From Bdellovibrionales bacterium (lineage in GTDB: Bacteria > Bdellovibrionota > Bdellovibrionia > Bdellovibrionales > JAUICD01): DNA of 64,000 nt. Shown here one piece after another: positions 52,013-60,982 of this stretch (positions are counted from its first letter, which is position 1; each line of letters starts with the position of its first letter). The translations under genes were made by a program, and so were the position numbers. The stretch is taken from the NCBI GenBank assembly GCA_965197425.1, contig CBDANC010000015.1, positions 96,001 to 160,000 on the forward strand, written 5' to 3'. The notes under the pieces were generated by a model. The model was not told where the DNA came from, did not search any database, and saw only the letters and a program-made list of their open reading frames with translations.

Positions 52013-52722
52013 ATACATTGGTTTTATCTTCAGGGCTGGGTTCCAGGTTAAGGCCTATTACTTATCATACACCTAAGCCTATGGTGAAGATTTTGGATCT
52101 TCCAATGGTGTGTTTTAGTATGTACCCTTTAATTCCATATACAAATACTTTTGTATTTAATCTGAGTTATTTGGCATCAAAATTACACAATGCTCTTTTA
52201 GGTATTCCTGTTAAAAAACAATTTGTCATGGAGGGAGACAAGCCTTTAGGTGTTACAAAAGGAATTTTAAATGCTAAATCTTTTTTAGAAGATGGTGAAA
52301 ATTTTTTTGTTGTAAATGCTGACACTGTATTTTTGCCAGAAAAGAAAGATTTTATAAAACAGTGTTTAGATTTTCATAATAATAGTAATTCCATTGCTAC
52401 ATTCGTTGTTATGGATTTTGAGTCAGATCATATAAAATTGGCAATAGATGATGAGAATACCTTAGTAGGGGTAAAAAAGGATAAGGGATTTCATTTTATA
52501 GGGTATTATATTTTAAACAAAAAATTTTTTGAGTTTTTGTCTTATGATTCTGATCTATTTAAATGTGTTCTTAAAGCTGGTAAGACTAATAATGTAAAAT
52601 GTTTTGTTTCAAAAGGGCTTTGGTTTGAAGTCGGTAATGGGACATCTTTAATAGAAGCAAGAAATTTTTTAAAAGGATATTCTAATACTTATTTAGAAGA
52701 ACTTTTGAAATTTTATAGATAA
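52009..52722 (+). CDS. murU: MurNAc-1-phosphate uridylyltransferase-like nucleotidyltransferase
   Basis: L..GLGSRLRP.T...PKP, VVNAD, W..VG; overlaps the amgK stop. Confidence 0.75.
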   Translation: MNTLVLSSGLGSRLRPITYHTPKPMVKILDLPMVCFSMYPLIPYTNTFVFNLSYLASKLHNALLGIPVKKQFVMEGDKPLGVTKGILNAKSFLEDGENFFVVNADTVFLPEKKDFIKQCLDFHNNSNSIATFVVMDFESDHIKLAIDDENTLVGVKKDKGFHFIGYYILNKKFFEFLSYDSDLFKCVLKAGKTNNVKCFVSKGLWFEVGNGTSLIEARNFLKGYSNTYLEELLKFYR

Positions 52723-52733
52723 AATTAAGTGTT

Positions 52734-53603
52734 CTAATTAGCTTTATTGTCTATCCACCATCTAGATTTTTGGGCTGACATTTTGGTACTGGGTTTCATT
52801 GCCAGGGCTCTTTTATTGTATTGTCTTTTGATCATATCAAAGATATTGTCTCCTGATACGCCTATTTTTTCTTTACCGTGCGTTACGCTTAGTCCTTTTA
52901 CATCTTCTTTTTTTGGTTGTTGAGGTAGGTTAAATAATGAAGAGAAGTCTGGCATTTTGTAATCCATGCTACTGGGGTTATAGCTATAAGAGTTAGGATT
53001 CGGCATGCTGTTTCTGATAGAGTTAGATGCGACTTGATGTTTTTTTAGAGCTTCATTATATTTTTTTCGAAAACCGTTTGTGATTCTTTTTTCTATTTTA
53101 CTCATCTCTGATTGTAGTTTATTGAATTCTTGAGGTGTAAAACCTGCATTCAAAAACTTCTCACGATTTTTGAGATCTTGTATATCAATTGATTTTCCTT
53201 TTGGTGTTTTTATCTTTCCAGTTTTTTGTTCTATCAAATAGCCCATATCTTCTAATTTGGATTGCATTTGTTGAAGTTTTGGGTCTGTGTAGGTATTTTG
53301 ATTTATGAGTGTTTGGGCGTAATCTGGCATTTCGTAGCCATCGGGCTTAATGTGATCTGCCGTTTTAAAGGAGCTCAGGGCTTGCTTCCCGCTTAATAAT
53401 GCTTGGCCTGTATGTACAGTTGCAAGAACACAACTAAATCCTGGTGAGGCCAGGCACTTTGCTCCTTGATCGACGGCTTCTTTGGTATTTATTGTAGAGC
53501 TGCTCATTCCGGTAATACCTGTTAGCATGGCTGAGTCAAACATGTCGTTTGCATAGATAAATAGTGGAAATATGAATGTTGTAACAAAAATGGTTTTCTT
53601 CAT
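52734..53603 (-). CDS. Hypothetical secreted protein
   Basis: Signal peptide, Cys pair, C-terminal IGVSGDNIFDMIKRQY. Confidence 0.7.
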   Translation of the reverse strand: MKKTIFVTTFIFPLFIYANDMFDSAMLTGITGMSSSTINTKEAVDQGAKCLASPGFSCVLATVHTGQALLSGKQALSSFKTADHIKPDGYEMPDYAQTLINQNTYTDPKLQQMQSKLEDMGYLIEQKTGKIKTPKGKSIDIQDLKNREKFLNAGFTPQEFNKLQSEMSKIEKRITNGFRKKYNEALKKHQVASNSIRNSMPNPNSYSYNPSSMDYKMPDFSSLFNLPQQPKKEDVKGLSVTHGKEKIGVSGDNIFDMIKRQYNKRALAMKPSTKMSAQKSRWWIDNKAN

Positions 53604-54898
53604 GGAAGAAGAATTCCTCTTTTTTCGTTAATTGACCGTGTTACTTTTTGAAAGTTACTTTCTCCGTTTGCAGTTGATATACCGGTGGAGTTTGTTGGTT
53701 TGTTTACGCTTGCTATGCTTCTTTGTTTAGCTTTTTCTCCTCCAGGAAGAAATTTCTTTAAATCAAAAAAGCTGGACTTGCCTCCGCCGAATCCATCTAA
53801 ATTAGATGAAGGGGAAGCATTAGATGGGGTGCCGTCTGTATATCCTCCGCCACCGCTTCCGCCGCTACCTCCGCCGCCACCTCCAGCAGATTGTACTCCT
53901 CCTAAAATGTCTGTGTCATAGCCAGGGCTTCCTCCTGAAGCTCCACCAGATGAGCCTCCACCGGAGTCACTGCTTCCGCCACCTCCTCCGCCAAGGCCAC
54001 CGCCGCCTCCACCTGGAGGGCTAAATCCACCGCTTCCGTTAGCTCCTTGGGATCCAAAGTCTGCTGGCTCTTCGTCTCTAAGTAGCTCATCTAGATCGTA
54101 GTTTTCATCTCCAAAGCCTTGGTTTTGTTGTTGACTGAAAGGGTCCATGTTCATGTTACCGGCTGCTCCACTGCACATAGGTGATGATGGATCTCTTAGG
54201 CATGCACAAGCTGGTTTATTGAAGTGTTCAGGTTTCCCACAATCTTCTGGAGATATGTTGCCACCTGCGGCAGCTGCATTTTGGTTTGATTCATCTTCCA
54301 TCTTCTTACAGGAGTCCATCATCCTTTTAACATTTGCGCCACTTAAAGCAGTCTGTGCTGTTAGTTGCCATTTGAAATCGCTAAATTCTTTACACTTTCT
54401 CTGGCTTACAATCCAACTAGTAAGGCCATTACCAGTAAGGCCAATGCTCTCAGGGTCCGCTGCACAAGCTGAATTACAAGCTGATACAGCCTGCCAGCAT
54501 TTACCAGTTAAGAATCCATTCATAGCAGCAGACAGCCATGTGGTACCTTCTAAAATATCACATGTCTTTTTCATATCATTAGATGCATAGGCAGACCCCA
54601 GAGCTGGTAGCATAGTTGTAAGTGCGGTAAGCCCACCTCCTACAGTGGACATATCACCCATGCACCATCTTTCCGCTGCACTAACCGCATTATGACAAGC
54701 ATTTAGTAGGTTCGTTGGCTCGTTAGGTGCAACTTCTCTAATAATGTTTAGTGTTGGAATATGTTGTTGGATTGTTCTATCTGTCTCTGGTAAGTAAGAG
54801 GGGTCTGGATCTCCTTCTGAGTTTTGTGAGTACAAATTGGTGGAAACTCCACTCGTAATGGCTAAAAATGCCAATAAAGCTAACCTTAAAAAATTCAC
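53600..54898 (-). CDS. Hypothetical secreted Cys-containing, Gly-rich protein
   Basis: Signal peptide, Cys-studded helical region, poly-Gly/Ser tract, DLKKFLPG..RSIAS, NFQKVTRS. Confidence 0.75.
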   Translation of the reverse strand: MNFLRLALLAFLAITSGVSTNLYSQNSEGDPDPSYLPETDRTIQQHIPTLNIIREVAPNEPTNLLNACHNAVSAAERWCMGDMSTVGGGLTALTTMLPALGSAYASNDMKKTCDILEGTTWLSAAMNGFLTGKCWQAVSACNSACAADPESIGLTGNGLTSWIVSQRKCKEFSDFKWQLTAQTALSGANVKRMMDSCKKMEDESNQNAAAAGGNISPEDCGKPEHFNKPACACLRDPSSPMCSGAAGNMNMDPFSQQQNQGFGDENYDLDELLRDEEPADFGSQGANGSGGFSPPGGGGGGLGGGGGGSSDSGGGSSGGASGGSPGYDTDILGGVQSAGGGGGGSGGSGGGGYTDGTPSNASPSSNLDGFGGGKSSFFDLKKFLPGGEKAKQRSIASVNKPTNSTGISTANGESNFQKVTRSINEKRGILLP

Positions 54899-54958
54899 TT
54901 ATATACCCTCACTTATAGACGATCTACAGCTCATGTACCTTCGGCAAATTTCGAACTA

Positions 54959-55109
54959 AAGGTGAGCTTAATGAGGCAAAAAACAAGGAGGCTTTGCCTA
55001 CCTTTTTTTGCCGAGTGGCTCCTTCCTGGTGGGCCTCATGGCTGATTCCTCTGTTCGGGTATTCTGGCATTCCGGAACTCAAGCAACCAGTCAGTGTTAA
55101 CCTCACCTT
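54959..55109 (+). mobile_element. 151-bp MITE-like palindromic element
   Basis: 13-bp terminal inverted repeats AAGGTGAGCTTAA / TTAACCTCACCTT (1 mismatch); internal hairpin shared with 12390. Confidence 0.7.
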
Positions 55110-55165
55110 CACACTGTATTTTATTGGGATTTTCTAAAAAAAGTTATAGCAATGTGTATCTTGTT

Positions 55166-55174
55166 TGCTATGAT
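55166..55174 (+). promoter_or_regulatory. Extended -10 element ahead of ATG 55183
   Basis: TG-C-TATGAT, 8 nt before the ATG. Confidence 0.45.
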
Positions 55175-55182
55175 CTTGTTTC

Positions 55183-58100
55183 ATGGGATGGGGCTTTCGA
55201 AACAAGAACTCTCACAGGGGTATTGACAGTAGTGCTGTTGGTGGTGTTGCTGATAAAGAAGCTAATACTAAAAACACTAGTAATAACGAATATTTAGCTG
55301 TACCCCCCCCTCTAAAATTCCGCACAGAGGTTTAAAGTTACGCTTAAGTAATGCATATTTCAAACAGAATAAAAGTTGGTTTAAGCCACTATTAAAATGC
55401 CTCCGCCTGCAAGGTGGTAAATGCCTCCATCTGCAAGGTGGTGGGTACTCTACTGGTGGTAAATGCCCCCACCTGCAAGGTGGTGGATACTCCACTGGTG
55501 GTGGTTTTACTTTAATAGAGACTGTAGTTGGTTTAGCCTTAGTATCCATATCTGGTTTTGTAGTTACATTTATATCTGGTCAGATGAACACGGCATCTAA
55601 GTTGACTGATGATTCCTATGAATGTGCAGCTATAGCTACTAATGTAATGGAGAGATTTTCTCAGGGTGGCTTAGAGCCTATTGTTTTGCTTAACTCAGAG
55701 CATTTCCCTGGTACTCCTCCTACTGATTTTGAAGCAGCTATAGAAGAAAGAAGCACTATATCTGTAAACACTAGTGGAGAGGCTACTCATAATGCTGGTC
55801 CTAATCTTGTTATAGAGCCTCATGGTAGTAATAGTCACATTACTTTGAAAGTAGATAAGTTTCATAGAGGTAGTGGTGTTAGTTTAGTAGAAGATTTATT
55901 TAACGAGTACCGTTCTACCATATGTCCATCTAATGTAGATAACCTGACCTTTGATCTTGCTAATGATATGGTGATTACCTACAAGGCTGGTAACACTGCT
56001 AAGCTGATAGACTTACATAAGAAGCTAGATGATGTAAAACCAGCAACTCCAGGACCTGAACCTGATTACTATAAGGAAATGGCTGATGCTAATTTATCTT
56101 CTAATAACTATGCTTGGGATACTTTTACCTCTGAGTACTTATATGGTTTATCCAAGAGTCTCAAAAATGCCTTAAATTTGCATCTCTTAGCAGGTTTTAC
56201 TGATTATAGTACTAGTTATACTAATACTGCTCAGCCATATGATGTGAAGATAGGTATAAGGCCTTGGAGTTTATCTAATCGTAGTGCTCTTGGTTGTACT
56301 GATACTAAGGTTCATCCAGCAGTCTTTTTAAGACCTGGTTCTAAATATGACAGATACATTACAGATAGTATTTTAGGCACCAACGAATTAGAGAGACAGA
56401 ATAAGATTGGTTATAAGCTGGAGAGGAGTCTAACTTCAGCTAAGATGAGGTCAGATGTAGGTTTGAAGTTATTTGTTGAAGTTAAAACAAGACCTGGTGT
56501 GGATAAGTTAGAAAGATCCTGTAAGTCAAATAAGTTATTTGCTTATGCTAACAGCTTTGCAGTTCCTCCATCTAGAAGACCTGTATATGTTCACCATGAC
56601 AGAGAGATTAAAGATGGTTCTAATGATTTTATAGCTTCCACAACTCACCCTCTTCAAAACAACCCTGGTTTAAATGTTGGTTATAAGTATGGTGCTGCTG
56701 ATTCTATCCCTACTAAGCCTGATGGTGCTACTCATGCTACTCTTAGTGATTATGCTACAGAAGCTACATTAAACTTTAGGAATATTGGTAAGGTTTGGAG
56801 AGATGTAAACAACCCTAGTTCCTTTGCTGATGATGAGGAAGATTTTAGAGGGGTCTTTTTATGTGGTTTTGAGAAGAATCGTTTTGAAGACTGTGTTAAA
56901 GGCCCCCCCGATTGTGATGATATACCAGGTTTAAGCTCCTATAGGACTTTTGGTACTAATGGTGCACATAAGGCTGGTATAAGAAGCTATGATACTGAGT
57001 ATGGTAGTAGAGATGGCTCCGTAAACTCATCTAGGAGATGGGATTTATGTGAGAACTTTAAGCTTACCCCCAGTCAATCTAATAATTCTACCACACTAAA
57101 AGCCAGTGCATCCAATGTAGATGATGGTAAGTTAGGACTTGAGTTAGATAATTTAAATGTATCCAGTTGGCCTGATGAAGATCAGGATGCTGATTATAGA
57201 GTTAGATTTAAGTTAGTAGATGAATATGGTAATGATTACTCTGCCACAGAAAATGGACAGATACAGGAGGATGATTATACCGAGGAGCATAGAGTTTTTG
57301 CCTACAACTGTGCACAGTTTGGTAATACTCATGCTTCTGGTAGTTATCAAAATCCCCCTATAGGCTGTGGAGTTATAAATCCTGATCCTAATATTGCTAA
57401 GTACAACCGTAGGATAGATAATCCTTTCTATAATACCCAAGCAGATTGTGAACATCAGTTTAACCTACTTTCCAGCCCCAGTGCTCAATGTGTGAAAGTT
57501 ACTAATATTAGGGTTTACAATGATTATTTTGATGATTCCATAGAGGAGAGGACAGGTCCTGCGAACAGCCCTGTTCGTCCTGTTAATGGTACTGGAGTTA
57601 CCTGTGATTATTGGGTTGAGCAATGTGTAAAAGATGGTACAGCCTGTGTGCAATGTGGCCAAGGTTATATGCGTGATTATCCTAATGCCACAAGACAATC
57701 TTGTCATGGAGGTTCTGCAAGCTTAGGTGGAGTTACCTGTTATAAAGCAGGCTCTCATTGTTGTCATAATGATTATGGTAGTTTTAACTGTTTTACAGGT
57801 AAGGATCCTTGTTCAAATCCTAATGGTTGTGGATTTAACCAAGATCCTACCTGTGGAGCTACCTGTGGTGATAACGGCCACGGATGTAATATTTGTACAG
57901 GAGCTACTCCTTGTAACACAGCTGGTTGTGATAGTTGTAGTTTTGGTACTGCTGGAGTTTGTCAATATAAGTGTAGTTTCCCTACTCAGTACTGTGATGG
58001 TGCTAGTAATTGTGTAGAATGTCTGAATGACGGCCACTGTGGTGGTAATGATATATGTTGTTCTTACAGTTGTAAGGCCCCATGTAGTCCAGATTCTGAT

Positions 58101-60719
58101 CAATGTGAGGAGTGTGCTAGTGATTGTGCATCTCCTCATTCAATATGTGGTTCTGGTGAAGGGTGTAATGGTAGTGGGTGTTGTGTAGAGCTACCGCCTT
58201 GGTGTAATCCTGCATGTACAGGTACAGATATATGTTGTGGTACTGGTACTTGTCAGTCTAGTTGTGCTCCCCTGAATGTTGGTGCATGTACTTCTGGTAA
58301 TACACCTCCGCCTCCATGTCCTGGTGGTCAGATAATGTGTGGTGGTAGTTGTAGGATTGCAGCTTGTAATAATGATAATGACTGTAATTCAGGTGAGACC
58401 TGTCAGAATGGAGGAAGTTGTACTGCTACATGTGCAGGTGTTACCTGTGGTACTGGTAGTATGACGGGCTATCCTAATTCTCCTCCTGATCCAGGGTGTG
58501 GAGCTACAAGTAGAATCGCAAGTGGTGTAGAATGCTGGACAGATCCAAATTGTACAGGAAGTACTCCGAACTGCTGTGGCACAACTTGTCAGGCCACTTG
58601 TGGCTGTACCTCAGATATTGAGTGCTCTGTGCCTACACCGGCTACTCCGTGTTGTGTTGGTACTACCTGTGCTGCTGCAGCTTGTACAGTAGATCCTAAT
58701 AATTGTGTAACATGTCCTACTGGCTCGTGTGGTACTCCAGTTACAGGGCCAGCAACTTGTACGGCGGACCCGAATACATGTACCACATGTCCTAATGGTC
58801 CATGTGGTACTCCAGTTACAACAACTCCTTGTGGTCCATGTAACCCACCAACTTGCACGCCGGATCCTGATAATTGTGTAACATGTCCTACTGGCTCATG
58901 TGGTACTCCAGTGACGGGAACAGCAACTTGTACGGCGGACCCGAATACATGTACTACATGTTCTAATGGCCCATGTGGTACTCCAGTTACAACAACTCCT
59001 TGTGGTCCATGTACTTCTAATAGTGACTGTGCTGATCCAGCTAAGCCGAATTGTTGTGGTGGAAGCTGTCAAGCAGTCACTTGCGTAAGTACACCATGTA
59101 CTTCTAATGGTGACTGTGCTGATCCAGCTAAGCCGAATTGTTGTGGTGGAAGCTGTCAAGCAGCTACTTGTCCAGTAAACTGTGGTACACCTACTTGTGA
59201 TGACTGTGAGACACAACAAAATTGTACTGGAACAGGGTGGACCTGTGCACCTAAAACTGATGGAACTAGTTGTGGCACATGTGGAACATGCAGTAGCGGG
59301 TCTTGTAATGAACCGGCTACTTGTCCAGTAAACTGTGGTACACCTACTTGTGATGACTGTGAGACACAACAAAATTGTACTGGAACAGGGTGGACCTGTG
59401 CACCTAAAACTGATGGAACTAGTTGTGGCACATGTGGAACATGCAGTAGCGGGTCTTGTAATGAACCGGCTACTTGTCCAGTAAACTGTGGTACACCTAC
59501 TTGTGATGACTGTGAGACACAACAAAATTGTACTGGAACAGGGTGGACCTGTGCACCTAAAACTGATGGAACTAGTTGTGGCACATGTGGAACATGCAGT
59601 AGCGGGTCTTGTAATGAACCGGCTACTTGTCCAGTAAACTGTGGTACACCTACTTGTGATGACTGTGAGACACAACAAAATTGTACTGGAACAGGGTGGA
59701 CCTGTGCACCTAAAACTGATGGAACTAGTTGTGGCACATGTGGAACATGCAGTAGCGGGTCTTGTAATGAACCGGCTACTTGTCCAGTAAACTGTGGTAC
59801 ACCTACTTGTGATGACTGTGAGACACAACAAAATTGTACTGGAACAGGGTGGACCTGTGCACCTAAAACTGATGGAACTAGTTGTGGCACATGTGGAACA
59901 TGCAGTAGCGGGTCTTGTAATGAACCGGCTACTTGTCCAGTAAACTGTGGTACACCTACTTGTGATGACTGTGAGACACAACAAAATTGTACTGGAACAG
60001 GGTGGACCTGTGCACCTAAAACTGATGGAACTAGTTGTGGCACATGTGGAACATGCAGTAGCGGGTCTTGTAATGAACCGGCTACTTGTCCAGTAAACTG
60101 TGGTACACCTACTTGTGATGACTGTGAGACACAACAAAATTGTACTGGAACAGGGTGGACCTGTGCACCTAAAACTGATGGAACTAGTTGTGGCACATGT
60201 GGAACATGCAGTAGCGGGTCTTGTAATGAACCGGCTACTTGTCCAGTAAACTGTGGTACACCTACTTGTGATGACTGTGAGACACAACAAAATTGTACTG
60301 GAACAGGGTGGACCTGTGCACCTAAAACTGATGGAACTAGTTGTGGCACATGTGGAACATGCAGTAGCGGGTCTTGTAATGAACCATCACCCTGTCCATG
60401 TACCTCCGATAGCGAATGTGGTGCGGGTGAAAGATGTTGTTCTGGTGACTGCATAGAACCTGCTTGTAGCAGTGATGGTGATTGCAATTCAGGTGAAACT
60501 TGTGAAAATCCAGGAGATTGTAATGCCAGTTGTGTTGATCCGTGTGACGGTGCAAGAGATTGTCAGGCTAGTAATGCTTTCGATGTCAGTGATTTGTCGA
60601 GTTGCACGGCGTGGGCAATTGGAGCAGGCTTGGGTGAATGTAACCCGCTACCACCAAGTTGCGAAGCATTCTATCATAACAGCACACTTTGTTGTTATGT
60701 AGCTGTGTGCGGATTTTAG
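55183..60719 (+). CDS. Giant type IV prepilin-like surface protein with Cys-rich repeat stalk; start separated by a frameshift at C8 (55303-55310)
   Basis: The frame of ORF 55584-60719 is open back to 55287 and reads G|FTLIETVVGLALVSISGFVVTFI at 55503; ATG 55183 joins this frame if the C tract is 9 long. Confidence 0.75.
55395..55502 (+). repeat. In-frame A-A-B-A-B minisatellite (24-bp and 18-bp units) in the pilin leader
   Basis: A = AAATGCCYCCRYCTGCAAGGTGGT, B = GGRTACTCYACTGGTGGT. Confidence 0.85.
58681..59162 (+). repeat. Imperfect duplications, 2 x 171 bp and 2 x 87 bp, encoding Cys-rich modules
   Basis: CT.DP.NCVTCPTGSCGTPVTG...PCGPC twice; PCTSN.DCADPAKPNCCGGSCQA twice. Confidence 0.85.
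59163..60386 (+). repeat. 8 x 153-bp essentially perfect tandem repeat (51 aa, 10 Cys)
   Basis: Units start at 59163, 59316, 59469, 59622, 59775, 59928, 60081 and 60234. Confidence 0.97.
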
Positions 60720-60822
60720 TTTCAAAGACGAGTGAAAATAAAATACACCTCAATTTTCAAGTCATCTTGTTGTAGTTCTAATAAACTTTGAGGTGCGTAA
60801 GGCCGTCACCAAAAACTAGCGG

Positions 60823-60844
60823 AACCCCGAGGACTGGGGTTTTT
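60823..60844 (+). terminator. Possible intrinsic terminator
   Basis: AACCCC-GAGGACT-GGGGTT followed by T-run, between convergent genes. Confidence 0.4.
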
Positions 60845-60982
60845 AATGAAGTGACTGTATCAAAGTCTAATTCGTATAGTAAAAACAGGTTCGCTTTTAA
60901 GTAACAGGATCGATTGTGAAGTCTCATAGGAACATTAGGTCTACGACAAAAAAATAACAAATGAATTTTTTGCTAAGCATGG

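Noticed and set aside
53680..53691. TACCGGTGGAGT partial match to the obgE minisatellite
   Set aside because: Lacks the second palindrome arm; plausibly chance
55277..55549. Minus-strand 90-aa ORF with PVEYPPPC repeats
   Set aside because: Antisense to the prepilin motif; explained by the DNA minisatellite
59163..60386. Possible CRISPR array
   Set aside because: No unique spacers, in-frame coding repeat, no cas genes
58896..60487. Long antisense ORFs (464 and 443 aa)
   Set aside because: Shadow frames of the stop-free 153-bp tandem repeat
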